Source: Camelus dromedarius
Taxonomy: Eukaryota
Assembly (NCBI RefSeq): GCF_036321535.1
Contig: NC_087437.1
Span: 82,090,001 to 82,154,000 of the forward strand
Reading direction: 5' to 3'
DNA length: 64,000 bases
Part shown: one piece after another, positions 12,079 through 24,736 of the stretch
How positions within the stretch are numbered: position 1 is the stretch's first letter
Layout: every line of letters begins with the position of its first letter
Made by a program: the position numbers and the translations under genes
Notes under the pieces: generated by a model
The model's input: only the letters and a program-made list of their open reading frames with translations
What the model was told of the DNA's origin: nothing
Databases searched by the model: none

Positions 12079-15000
12079 GTTGATATTGGAAATACCCTAG
12101 AAAACAGACCCTCAAGACAAAATTTGGGAATCAGTTTTCTCACTGTTAAGATGGTAACAAAGATATAATTGACAGCAGTAAGAAGAATGGTAAAAACTTC
12201 TCATGTACTATAGCATCTCAATGACTAGGACACAGTCCCTCACCTGTGATAGATTAGGATGAAGTACAGTTAGAAGGGGGAAATCCTGGCTTGTGCATTA
12301 GCTTTAACACTTAAAAGATATGGGGCAATTGTAATTATTAAGATTGTGGAGTTACTGATTATTATAAATTCTGAATATGCTGAGAAATCCAGAAGTGTTT
12401 AAAGAGGTCCTTCTCTTCTGCAACCAGAGACCATATTTTACTATAAATTCAGGTCAGAGTTTGATCAAAAGGGTGGCAGAGCTCCAAAGAGTTTGAAAGC
12501 ACAGGCCGTCATGTTACCTATGCTAAAATGAAGTCCTAAAAGAGAAGGAGAGGGACTGAGACTGAAATGGAGACTTTTTGGTAGATGTGTTGAGTTTCCA
12601 GAATCCCTAGATTCTTGAGCCTTCTGGGCTGACAGAAGGGGCCCTTCTCCCTTGCTGGAGGAAAGTGACCTCTCATTACCTGGGGACAAGTCAAGGCCTC
12701 ACTTAGTGATGTTTGAACCTTCACCTCCCCTCATTACTTCCTCACCAGTAATTAGAGTTAGATCCCGGTATAGACAGACTGGAAGATACAGCCTACAAGA
12801 AAGGCTATAGATATAGATATAGATATAGATATAGATATAGACATAGATTTCAGCAGGAACCACAAATTTCATAAGGTAATGGATCTTGAGAGTATTGGAC
12901 CAACAGTGTGTGAACCTGGGTAGGAGAGAGGTTACTAATACAGGGCAGTGGCTGATGATTTAATGTCCTATCAAGTCCTGGCATCCAGTGGGGATGGCAG
13001 CTTCAAGCGTAGACATAATGGTAACCTATAGTAAGTGAGATGGAGACATCAGGATTATTAAGGAGATGCAGTGGTGGGCTTTAGAATGGATTTATTATGT
13101 GAGACCAGAGAACCTACCAGCTGACTGTCTCCCCTGGGAGAGGGCCCAGAAGATAGTTCTTACACTAAAGCCATAAGACTGCAGTAGTGTGTGGGCACTG
13201 ACTTAGTTGAGAGACTCAGTGGTGACTGTCCTGTCCAGGCCAGAGATGACAGTAGGAGATGCTCTAGAGTCAGTGAGTAAGGTAGAATTCCAGAACAGCA
13301 AAAGCAGTTGGCAGCACTTAACCATCAGAAGCAAAGTGAATATAATCATCAGTCAGGGATTCCTTGAATGTAGGTTATCTGAGGTGTTTCACAGACCATG
13401 GTGCTCCTAGGGGCAAGACAGATAGACAGCTAGTAAGGGTATCTAATGACTTATGTAACAACAACAGCAGAATCAAGAGCTGGTAAGCAGAAGGCAGATT
13501 TTAACTGCCAAAATGGAAAAAGATGATCTTTGGACATGTTTCCAGACATAAGCCAGTTTTCAAACTTTGAGTCCTTAGATTAAAGGGAATCTGGATCCCC
13601 CTGGGGAAGTTCTCTGAGACACAACCAGTATATATGATATGTACTCATACCTTTTCCAAAGGAAGTTATGGCCATTTTTGGGGGTAATTATACACTGAGG
13701 AAATGGGAAATACCCAGCTCTTTCAAGGACTACTGAATACAGGGTAACTACATTGATACAGAGAATCCAAACTGCCACCATACCCCCTGTTAGAGTGGGG
13801 CATACAGGAGCCAGGTGATTGAGTCCTGGCCCAGATCTGTTTCATGGTGGTTTTAATGGGTCCATCAACTTATGGTCATCTCTGCAGTTGCTGAATGCAT
13901 AATTGAGATGGATATACTTAGAAGCTGGTAGGACCATCACATTGATCCTCTGACCTATGAAGTAAGAACCTTCAAGGTAAGAAGGTCACATGGAAACCTC
14001 TGAAACTGCCTCCCTTTACCTTACTCCTTGCAAAGATACTAACTCAGAAGCACTGCCTCACTCTAGTGGAATTGCAGAGATTAATGCCAAATGAAAAGAC
14101 TTAAAGGCTGCAAGGGGTTTGGTTTACCAGTATGGTTGTTCAGAGCCAGGGATGGACCATGGCAAATGATGGTGGATGACTGTAAATGTAATCAGATGGT
14201 ATCTTCAGGCATAGAGGCTGTACCAGGTGTTGTATCTTCGGCTGAACCAATCAACACAGCCTGTAGTACTTGCTTTGTGATTTTGATCTGGCCGATGTGT
14301 TCTATTCAGTTCATATCAGGAAAAAAGATCAAAAGCAGTTTGCATTCACTTGAGAAAATTGAGTTTGTATTCAGTCAGAGCTGTGAATCAGGGCTGGTTA
14401 GCTCTCCTGATCTTTGTCATAATACAATCCAAAAGGACTTCAATTATTTGACTCTTCCTCAAAACATAACATTAATCCATTTTATTGATGACATAGTATT
14501 AATTGGATCTGAGGAGGAAGAAATGGCAAGTACTGCGGATGACCTGGTAAAATACAAGCTAAAGGGTGAGAGATAAATTATAAATATTCAGGGGCCTACA
14601 ACACTGATTACATTTTTAGAAGTCTGGATATCTGAGGCATGCCTGGGTATCCCCTTCAAGGAAGAGGAAAAGTTATTGTATCTTTCATCTCCTAGCACCG
14701 ACTACCTATTCAAGAAATAGAAACAGTGTTTAGTGCACCTCTTTAGATTTTATAGCCTATGCCACACTTGGAAATACTGCTCTAACTCACCAGATGAGTT
14801 GAAAGGCTGACAGCTGTGAGCAGGGCCAAGAGAAGAGAGGGCTCAGCAGTGGGCCTAGGCTGTGATACAAGCTCCTCCTCCTCTTATTTCATAATGATGT
14901 GGCAGATCCCAAGGTGCTAGGTGATAGTTGATGATGCTGTGTGGAATCTGGCAGGACCTAAAAAGAGAATTGCAGCACAAACTCCAGGGTACTAGGCTAA

Positions 15001-15720
15001 AGCCATACCTCTGGCAACCAAACCATTGAAAAAGCAGCCACTGGCATGATACTGAGTTCTAGCAGAAACTGAGCATTTGACTATGGGACATCAAATGATT
15101 AGATTATCAGAGTTGCCCTTCTGGACTTGGGTTTTGCAAGGTTGGGTGTATACAGCAACAACCCACTGAATAATAGAAATGGTATACATGGGATCACATC
15201 TAAGTAGGTCCAGAAGTCATAAGTAATTTACATGAACAGGTGGCAAAGATCTCTGTCTTATATTCCTCACTCACACCTATGGCTTCATGAAGTGTTCCCT
15301 ATGACCAGCTGATGATGTTGAAGGAAATATTCATGACTGGTTCAGGCTTGATATGTTATTAGAGCTGGAAATGGACTGCTACTGCACCACAGTCCCACTT
15401 GGGGAGGGGCCTTAACGGACAATGGTGAGGAGAATCCTTCTATTGGGCAGAGCTACCAAATGTACATTTAGTCATCTTTGAATGGAGAGAGTAATAGTCT
15501 GAGCTAAAGATAAACACAGAATTTCAGCAATAGTGAATTGTGTGGCTGAGTGGGTCAAGGGCTAGAAGATATAATATTTGAAGTTCAATAGCAAAGAGAT
15601 CTGAGAAGAGGCATGTGAAGGGAACTAACGGGGTGGGCAAAAGTGTATGGATCTTTGTCCAGGTCCACCAGCGAATATCCACTATAGATGAGATGCTGAA
15701 CACCCAGGTGGACATAAAGC
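12079..15720 (+). mobile_element. Decayed ERV-L (class III, ERV3-16A3-like) internal region with gag-pro-pol remnants, 3'-truncated
   Basis: Protease-site relic FQGLLNTG* (13721-13747); RT relic SPDLCHN...LIHFIDDIVLIG (FIDD at 14481-14492); RNase H relics WAEL (15444-15455) and VHQRISTIDEMLNTQVD; many stops and frameshifts. Confidence 0.85.
12806..12848. repeat. (ATATAG)n hexamer microsatellite inside the ERV
   Basis: tatagatatagatatagatatagatatagatatagacatagat read directly. Confidence 0.9.
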
Positions 15721-16200
15721 AGATTGTATTTTCCAAAGGTGGCCACCAGTGTCTCCCATCCCACATGCTCTTCTTACCATGTGACCTTGACACTCCTCCC
15801 ATTGAGTGGTGGGGTCTGGCTTCCTTTTCTGTGAACCTGGGCAGGCATTTGTCACCTTCACTGATAGAATATGGTAGAAAGGATATTCTGTGACTTCTGA
15901 GGCTAGATCTTAAAAATTCTATGCATTTCCACCTTGCTCCCTTGGGATGCCCACTTGGAACCCAGGTATGATACAATGAGAAAGCCCAAGGTAGGCCACA
16001 CAGAGAAACCACATGGAAAGGACATGTCCCACAGCTCAGCTGAGATCCCTGATGACAGCCAGCATCCACAGCCAGATGTGTAAATGAAGATGCTTCCAGA
16101 TGATTACAGGTCCCGGTTGTTGATTTCCCTCCCAGACATCAAGGAGCAGAGACAAACCATCCCCACTCTGTCCTCAGAAGTGAATTCCTGACCCATTTTC
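15721..16200 (+). mobile_element. MLT1 (MaLR) LTR abutting the truncated ERV-L
   Basis: aggtggccaccagtgtctcccatcccacatgc ... tgtgacttctgaggctagatcttaaaa ... ggagcagagacaaaccatcccc is typical of MLT1. Confidence 0.7.
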
Positions 16201-16859
16201 TCATGTAAGAAAAAACCTGCAGTGGAACCGGTGTTTCTCCTCTGGCTATGAGAGGGAGACCTTGTTCCTTGGGGATCTGTAAGTTGCAGAAACCATGCTT
16301 ACTTCCCCTCTCCTGTCAGCTGTAGGGTACCCTGCTTAGAGTGGCAATGAATTTTCCATCTTTCTCCCCACAGGGCTAGGTGAGGTCAGGTGGCTGAAAT
16401 AAAACTTACTTTTAAAAAAAATTCACATCTTGAATATGTTTGAGCTCTAAAGATCGCCTCATTTAGAGGAAGAAAAACCTAATCTTTGGAACCAGAAAAT
16501 TGACATGGAGATTGCATGTTAAGGTTTGAAGAAGAAAGGAAACCATTCCTTTTTGCACTCTGGGCTCATCGGGTAAAGGTAGACTGCCTCCAGCAGCTGG
16601 ATCTTAAGGCCCCTAGAAGGTCACATCCGCTGAGGCAGAGGAGGTGCAGTAGGTGGTAGTCCCCTGAGTGATCTGCAGAGCCTCCCTGGGAGAGGCTGGA
16701 ACTTGTGGTTTCCGGACCACCACAGTGGTGCTGCTTAGACTCTTTACCCATTTGGCGAACACTGTGGTGAACCTGGAGGTAAGGGAGGCTGCCAGAGGTC
16801 ATAACCCTACCAGGGACTTGTCCTATTAGCAGATGTTGTCCTTCTAGTTTTTAATTTTT

Positions 16860-17600
16860 TTAATTACTTTTTAAATTGTGGTAAAATACACATAACATAA
16901 AATTTACCATCTTGACTAATTTTAAGTGTACAGTTCAGTAGCATTAAGTACAATCACATTGTTGTGCAATGCTCACCACCATCCATGTCCAGAACTCTTT
17001 TCATCTTGCAAAACAAACTCTACACCCAGTAAGCAATAATTCCGCATTCCTGCCTCCCTGCTAGTGCCTGGAAATCACCCTTCTACTTTCTGCCTCTATG
17101 AATTTGACTTCTCCAGGCACCTCATATCAGTGGAACATGCAATATTTGTCCTTTCATCATTGGCTTATTTCTCTTAGCATCCTGCCCTCCAGGATAATCT
17201 GTGATGTTGCATGTATCATAATTTCCTTCTTTTTAAGGCTGAGTAATATTCCACTGTATGTATATACCACATTTTGCTTATCGATTCATTCATCAAAGGA
17301 CATTTGGGTTGCTTCCACTTTTTAGATATTGTGAATAATGCAGCTATGAATATGAATGTACAAATATCTATTTGAGTCTCTGCTTTTAGTTCTTTGGGGT
17401 ATATACCCAGAACTGGAAATGTTGGGTCATATGGTAATTCTATTTTTCATTTTTGGGGGAACCTCCATACAGTTTTCCATAGCTGCTGCCCAATTTCACT
17501 TTTTCCACCAGCAGTGCACAAGGGTTCCAATTTCTCCATATCCTCACCAACACTTATTTTTTGTGTTGTTTTGTCTTGTTTCATAATAGTTGTGAGGTGT
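16860..17600 (-). mobile_element. L1 (L1MA/MB-like) 3' end
   Basis: aattgtggtaaaatacacataacataaaatttaccatc ... ccaccagcagtgcacaagggttccaatttctccatatcctcaccaacac is an antisense L1 3' region. Confidence 0.85.
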
Positions 17601-17834
17601 TCCCTTTAGTTTTTAAAGCCAGCTGCCCTCATATCTTCTAAGGGGTCAGGATGTCACCATGACATCTGTCAATATACAGTCTTCTGGTAGCTGTCTGTCT
17701 CTGTTGTCTCTGGTCAGGACTAAGAAATAACTGAGGTCATCTCTTTCTTTTGAGGCAAGCTAATATTCTAAACCCTCACTGGCAGTTGTTTGCTTCTTAG
17801 GCAACTGAAAATTGTATCTCCTGCCTTTAGGCAA

Positions 17835-18215
17835 TATAACGTGATACCTCAGAACATGGACTGTGGAGCCAGACGCTTGAGTTAAAACCTTGGCATTGTC
17901 ATTTATTACATCTTGGACAAGTTACTTTGCCTCAGTTTCTTCAGCTGTAAAATGGGGCTAATAATAGAGGTATTATAAGGAGTAACTAAGTTAATACATA
18001 AAATTACTTCAGGAATTTCTGGTCCAGGGTTGTCACCCAGTAAACTGTAGCAGTCGTTACCGACATCTTCATGCACCCTCCCAAGTACTGTTATTACCTA
18101 CTGTTTTACAGGTGCAAAAGCTGAAGTTTAGCGACGTTAAATAATTGACTCAAGTTATCACAGCTTCTAAATAGAGGAGCCAAGATTTGTTCTGAGTCTG
18201 GCCCCAGAGCCCTCT
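17835..18215. mobile_element. Two MIR fragments in opposite orientation
   Basis: gcctcagtttcttcagctgtaaaatgggg (+) and tgttttacaggtgcaaaagctgaag (-). Confidence 0.65.
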
Positions 18216-21048
18216 CCTAACATGTTCTATGTTGGTGACTCTGGTTTGGCAGAACAAATGACAAGAACAGCATTGTCCTTGGTGAAGAAAGGCAGCTACT
18301 AGTAGCGGCCAGTTGGAGCCTGGTAGGCATTCCAGCAGCCTTCCCCATCTTGTCTCTCACCCCACAAATGAAGAGCAGATGTGAATGCTGCTGCCAGCCA
18401 CTCACTTGTCAGATGAGAACTGACTTGGCCGTGATCATTATAAAATTAATTTTTAGGCCTTGGTGGTTTCAACAAAGTATGTGAATTGTAGGTCTCCACA
18501 AGAATCATAAACTTTAATTTAGAAGTGCTTTTGAATCTAATAAAAATCTATTTTTACTTGTATTAAAGTAGCAAAGGGGAAAAAAAAAATCCCTCTGGAA
18601 AGGTTCTGGAAGCCTCAAAGGAAAATTCTATTAGATGGTTCTGTGTTTCAGTAACACACATGAGAAACTTCTGAATAATTTGTTAAAACAGGATGGATGG
18701 TTAAAATGGGATGATGTGACCCACTTTTTAAATTTAAATTTCATTGCCCTTATCTCCAGGAAGTAGCAAAAATAGTTTCTAACAATAAAAATTATTAACA
18801 GCTATTTGACATCATAAAGAATAATTTGAGCATAAAATTTATCCTGATACAAATATTGGTTTTGAAAATGAAAGCTTCAGAAATTCTGTGTAACTCTTTG
18901 CTAGAAGAAAGATAATCTAACGCTACTCCATAGGTATTTTTCTTTTCTGTGATACGAAATGAGCACGAACATTTGCAATTTTAGAGACGTAAGGACCATT
19001 AAAGAGAAAAATTTTTCTGAAATACAGTAGAACGTGATTTACACTCTTTATCAGCCCTGTGTATTTGGAATTCATTGTAATTCCGTATGAATTGAGATGA
19101 CATTTCCCTTTGCTGTATCTATGACGAAAGGATTTGTTAAATAAACTCCTACAGCAAGTAAGGGAGGACATTTTAAAGCAATTTAATCATTTGTGTCTGC
19201 AAATGGTGCTACTGATTTCAAGTGAGTCTTTTCTCTCTCTTATTACAACAGGCCACTAGGTCTCTCTCCAGGCTCATGGCTCCACCTTTCACCTTTCTAG
19301 CAAATGCACATCTGGGGCACAGGCATCTCCTGCCGTCAGGTAAATCCCATGAGTCTGTACGTAAACTGAGCATCCTCTTCTTTCCCTGCCTGGAGCAGGC
19401 TCCGCAGTAGACTAATTCTGTCAGTGGTACCATCCCTGTTTTCCAAGTGTATCAGTGAGAGGAAACTACCTTTGAGTCAAGCTTCCTTCTCCCTCATAAG
19501 GCCATTCTGGGATTGTCCCCAGGTTCAGACTAGTCTTTCAACTGTCTCTTCAGTTCTCCATTCTTCTTCATTCCATTTGCTAGCCCTTGAAGTAGCTCCA
19601 TTGTTATGTAGGCCTTAAACTCTGACGTCTGACCCTCACTTTGAGATTGGTTCGGCCCCCTTAACCATCAACCCATCATCCCACTCTTGTTTGAAGCTGT
19701 TCTGAGTTCCTCACTGGTTTTGCTACTTGTAACTTACCTTCTCCATAGAATCATCAAAGTAATTTTTCTAAAATACTTATTTTCATGTAATTTTCCCACT
19801 TAATGACCTAAAATGTTTTCTTATTGCATATTAGATAAAATATAACTATCTTTCCTATATGTAAAGCCTTATATTACTTGACCCTTCTTTGGTTATTAAG
19901 TCCATTTCCTTTACTGATCCTTCAGTAGCTCTTCTGATCTAGTCAGGCCATTTCTCTTATCTCAGCCTCCTTCCCCCCAGACACACACATGCACACACAC
20001 ACACAATGTCAGTTTCCTCCTCTGTCTATTAGAGGAAGAGGGCTATTCCTCTTGGGATGCCCTGTGTTTCATTCATCCAAATTCTATCCAACTGAAGATG
20101 ATGTCTCTAAACGTCATGTCCAAAAAACCTTATCTGAGATTGTTTCATCCCACAATAGGCTTCTAAGTAAGCTTGGAATATATAATCTTCTGTATAATCT
20201 TATAATCTCAGATCTGGATTTAGTCCCACCTCACATCGAGTTTAACACTACCTCCCACAGCAGCCTTGAGAGATTCATTCTTCCCTACAGCCTGGTGCTG
20301 GATCAGCATTCTGCAATGAGCTGTGGGTGCAAAGATGAAACAACGAGGTGTTCTCAAGAATTTTTACACCCTCTCTAATAAGAGAGACAAACAGTACAGT
20401 TGCAAAGCAGGAAAAGTGAAGGGACGGAAGATTGTACAAGGCAGGATGGTGACTAAATCTGAGCAATAGAGAAGAGGGGGTGATGCTTGTGCTGTGTCCT
20501 GAGGGCTGAGGAGGAATTCTCCAGCAGACAGGTCAGAGGAGGCCTTCCCAGGAAGGGAGCAGCACGGCTTGGTCTTTCTCTTTCTGAACTTCACTAGCAC
20601 GAATGCAGCCAGTCGGCATCACACCACCCTTGTTTGTGTATCACCTGGAAATCAGTTTGTTTAACATCTTGATGTCTTCCAAACAGAAGACATTTTAAAA
20701 CAAAATGGTCATATTTTCTGTTGCTTTTGTATCCCTCACGTCTAATAATATCAAGTGCAAAGTAGGGGCTACTTTGTCTTTTGTTTTACCTTTAAGGGAT
20801 TCTATAGACCCATTATAATGATGGATTTGCCCCGCTCATCCAGCATTCCAAATTCCAACCGCTTATTCATTCTTGACTCTGTCTCCTGTATCTCTCTTTC
20901 CATTTACTTTTGTGACCAACAGTGTGTGCACACGAGATGACTGATCCATGCTATGAAAGAGTCTTTGGCTATGGAATGAAATAGAGCTAGTTGTTCTATG
21001 TGGGAATGGAATTTTTGTGGTTTTGAGCTTCCAGATTGTTGGTTTAAA

Positions 21049-21239
21049 ATTACTATATATAAAATAGATAAACAATAAGGGCGTACTGTATAGCACAGGG
21101 AACTATATTCAGTTTCTTGTAATAACATATAATGGAAAACATCTGAAAAAATGTGTATGTATGTTTATATATAACTGAATTGCTTTGCTGTACACCTGAA
21201 ACTAACATTGTAAATCAACTACACTTCAACAACAAAAAA
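21049..21239 (+). mobile_element. 5'-truncated L1 3' end with candidate target-site duplication
   Basis: ctgtatagcacagggaactatattcag ... gctgtacacctgaaactaacattgtaaatcaactacacttcaa; flanks ccagattgttggtttaaa (21031-21048) and ccaaattgatggtttaaa (21240-21257) match at 16/18. Confidence 0.85.
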
Positions 21240-21584
21240 CCAAATTGATGGTTTAAACAAGTGAGTTAAGCTGTCACAGACTAGTGCTGCAGACTTGCTT
21301 GTCGAATGATTTGAATAACTTCTTTATAATATCCTAGACATAAGTTATAATCACTCTGAGCTTGATAAGTTACCATGAAAGAATTCTTTCCTTATCAGTG
21401 ATACTTATTAAGACCCTTAGGTTCTTGAAACGGATCTGCTTCTGCTCTATAGCTCCACTCACCATTACCTCCCCTCAAAATATTTGTCTCTGGTGTGGCA
21501 AAGTATGATAAAATTGAGTATTTGAAGATGGGTTTCTTGTGGAGAAAAGAGATCTGTGGCAGTTTTTCCTTTCAGGTTGGATGT

Positions 21585-22040
21585 GACAGATGCAGCAGCT
21601 AACTGTTCCCTAATATCTTTTCTCTCTTCTTCCGTATTAATAGAACCTCTGATTTTTAACTGGACATGTGGTTGCCCTGAATAAATATTCAGTTTCCCAT
21701 ACTCCCTTGCAGGTGGCTGTAGCAATGTGACTAAATTTGCAGCATGGGATGTGGGAGGCCCAAGCAACCGCTGTGTTGATTCCTTTAAGAAGGAATCATG
21801 CTCTCCCTTTCCTGATTTTTTTCTCCTTCCCACTGGCTGGAATGTGGCTGTGATGGTTAGCTATCCTGGACCTTGGAGATGAGAGCCACACCTCAGGGTG
21901 AAAAAGTAACAAAGTAGAAGGAACCTGCGGCCCTGGCTGAAGCTACCAAATGAAATCTAGCCTGTTTATGCTTGAAGCTGGTATGTCAAAGATCAATACT
22001 CGTTCTGGTTAAGCTGGGATTTAGGTCTCTGTTTTAGCAG
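21585..22040 (+). mobile_element. Old MLT1 (MLT1I/J-like) LTR
   Basis: tttcccatactcccttgcaggtggctgtagcaatgtgactaaattt ... ctggctggaatgtggctgtgatgg motifs. Confidence 0.65.
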
Positions 22041-22132
22041 CTAATAAACACCTTGGGGGATAAAAAGTTATGACGTTCAAACAGAGTTAGCTGAGTGATA
22101 TGAACAAGATGAGAAACGTACTTTTAAAGGTA

Positions 22133-22138
22133 TTTAAT
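22133..22138 (-). terminator. Candidate distal poly(A) signal (ATTAAA) of COL8A1
   Basis: Minus strand reads TTATTAAATACCTTTAAAAGTACGTTTCTCATCTTGTT, with UGUA at 22162-22159 upstream. Confidence 0.6.
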
Positions 22139-22570
22139 AAGACTTTTTTCCAAATCAGTACAAATATTTAAATACAAAAATGATTTGCTATTGACAAGTC
22201 TCAAATCTATCGTGGAAACTCAAAAAAGTTACCAGTCTGTTCACTGTTCTTGGTATTCTGTGAAATATTTGAGAACAGTCACCCACTGTGGACATTCTTT
22301 TCCCCTGTGGGATGTCATACTGCATTAAAACTCTGTATTTAAATAACAATATTGCCAGTTTGGTCCGTTTCACATGGAAAAGTTCTAGTTAATTTTGAAT
22401 AAAATAGGGATTGTAGCAGTATCCCTAGGCTTTAGAACATGTGATTGTTTCATCTGCTTTTACACTAAATGTGTTAACATGATGTGCAACACTCAAAAGG
22501 GCAACACAGATACATAATTATTTAAAACTCTTTTTTAAATTAAATGGAGTAATTCATTTAGCTCTGAGAT

Positions 22571-22578
22571 TAGCACCA
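22571..22578 (-). promoter_or_regulatory. miR-29 family 8mer target site (UGGUGCUA) in the COL8A1 3' UTR
   Basis: Plus strand TAGCACCATT (22571-22580) equals the 5' end of miR-29b/c (UAGCACCAUU), so the mRNA is complementary to it. Confidence 0.7.
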
Positions 22579-22652
22579 TTGTAGAATACACAGAATCTGG
22601 CATATATTTTGCTCCTCCCCTATCTAAAAGTTAGAAGCATATGCCTGATAAT

Positions 22653-22675
22653 ACACGCACACACACACACACACA
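22653..22675. repeat. (CA)n microsatellite, read as (UG)n in the COL8A1 3' UTR
   Basis: acacgcacacacacacacacaca read directly. Confidence 0.9.
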
Positions 22676-23430
22676 AAGGCAATTGAGTAACAACTAATAA
22701 ATAAGTTGGAAGGTATTTGAAAGTGAAGTTTGGTTTTAACTCAAGAGGTACTTTCTCTCTTGGTGGAAATAAAAAGCCCATACATGTACAGATAAATACA
22801 GTTTTACAAATCAGCTGATATGACTTGCTTCCAAGCCATTTCAATGCAGCTATTCAGCAGTCGGAGCCCAGTGGATCCATGTGACCCCCGTAGTCATCAG
22901 CCCTAAACCAGCATCCTTAAGACCAACCCAAAGGATATTTGACTACATCCATGCTGTCTACTTTGAAAACGAAGGTTAGGTGGGACATCTTTTTACTGGG
23001 AAAAGCTTGACATAGAGTTAGCCATGAAGAAACTGTGTGGTGATGAACTAATTTCTCTGTTTAAGAAGTGGAGACATAATGGCGCTGGTATACCATACGG
23101 GAAAAAGAGATATTAGGCTGAGGAGAATTTTCTTGATGCTTAAAAATGATTCAGATTTAACATAGACACAATTCCATGTGTGTTTATACCGTATTTATTT
23201 GTGTATTTTCCCATCTGTACCTATCCCCTCATTTCCTCACTCTTAATTTTTAGAAAGAGATACAAGATTCCACCACCAGAGCCCCACATTATTTCCCCTC
23301 AGTGGCTTACAGCGTCAGCAGCAGACTCTTAGCCGACCTGAGATGCTTCGTTTCTGAGACCAGATTTGAATGTGCGAAGCAGTTAGTATATACTTAAGTG
23401 AAAACCTGGAAAAATATTTATTTTTCACTT

Positions 23431-23490
23431 TAAACTCGTATTTACTCGTATTGACTCGTATTGACTCCTATAAACTCGTATTGACTCCTA
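23431..23490. repeat. 10-bp tandem repeat, 6 copies, consensus T(T/A)(G/A/T)ACTC(G/C)TA
   Basis: taaactcgta tttactcgta ttgactcgta ttgactccta taaactcgta ttgactccta. Confidence 0.95.
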
Positions 23491-24730
23491 TACTTAGTAC
23501 GGGGTGACATAAAAAGCATGGGCCGTCATTGCCCTTTGACATTCCAGATAGCTCTTCCACAGGTTACTTCTAAAGAAACAGTTCTTTTCCTGCAATTTTA
23601 GTACCTACAGCAGGAAGTAGTACATCTATTTTTTAATTTAAAAGTTCAGAAATTATTTTTCAAAATAAAATTATTTTTCTATGTAATTCTGAAACTCCCC
23701 CTTGCCCTTCCCCAAATAAAGGATGGCTTGGATTTGGGAAGTTCACTTTGGAACATCAGACAACACACTGGTTTGCATAGGTACTATACAGGGAAATTTC
23801 TTCAAAGTTCAACGGCTACTAAGAAGTATTGATATCCCCTTCATGGATGAAACCTCATCGTCATCATTTGAGTGTGTAGGCAGAGGAAGGGGAGCATTAT
23901 ATGCATATAAACACAATAACTGCTATTGATAGTGAACATTCCACAAAACTGGAAAGTTATGGGGGGAGAGGGTTATTTTTTTCTTATGACTTCCAGGTGT
24001 TTATATTAGTTGGGCCATAATGGAAATTACATGGAGGGAAGAAGAAAAAATAAAAATCACAGGAAAAAAAAACAAGCAAAAAGAACCCTTGAGGAATAAA
24101 TCAGTTAATTATTGCTCATGCCTCCCAGCTGATTTGCTAGCTCCTTTAGGAGCACTGTCTTAGGTCCCACAGAAGTGTCTCTCCAGTTCTAGTCAGAGAG
24201 AAAGCACTAGTAAATACACTACAGTTGATTGGTTCTCTTGTTCTTCTAGGGACACCAGACACGCAATTGTGAATAGGACTCGTTGCTAAAAGACACAGCC
24301 TCAGACAGGGGAGAAATATGCCTTGGACTAAAGCCCTACCCTGGTTCCTGGATCCTGGTCCCCCTCTTACTGGGGGGGTGGGTAACATTGCAGAACTCCT
24401 CCCCACATTCTGTGACAAAATATCTGGACAAATACAGAGGAAATTATGCAAGTAAATACGGTATGTAATTGTTATCATTGACATTTCTTTAAGCCATATT
24501 TATAAATATTTTGAAGTAAACAATATGAGTGAGTGACTTTCATTAGCTATAATCCTTCATACTGAAATACTTTGATCTGAATAAGCAGGTTATCATGGAA
24601 GCACATAACATACAACAGCTAATATGATTCCAGTGGGTACAACACAAGTGTCAGTACTTGATACATAAAATCTATCCCATCATTTTCAATGACAAGCTGC
24701 TGTGCAGAGCACTAAACATGCATCTTAGTT

Positions 24731-24736
24731 TTTATT
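24731..24736 (-). terminator. Candidate proximal poly(A) signal (AATAAA) of COL8A1
   Basis: Minus strand reads TGTACAAATAAAAACTAAGATGCATGTTTAGTG: UGUA, hexamer, then a GU-rich downstream element, ~137 nt after the stop. Confidence 0.6.

Noticed and set aside
15524..16069. 181-aa minus-strand ORF
   Set aside because: Spans an ERV-L/MLT1 junction in antisense, with no recognisable domain.
22571..22590. A miR-29 gene copy on the plus strand
   Set aside because: Identity stops after 10 nt and no precursor hairpin is visible; it is a target site on the opposite strand.
23431..23490. Regularly spaced repeats as a CRISPR-like array
   Set aside because: Units are contiguous 10-mers without spacers, in mammalian DNA with no cas genes.
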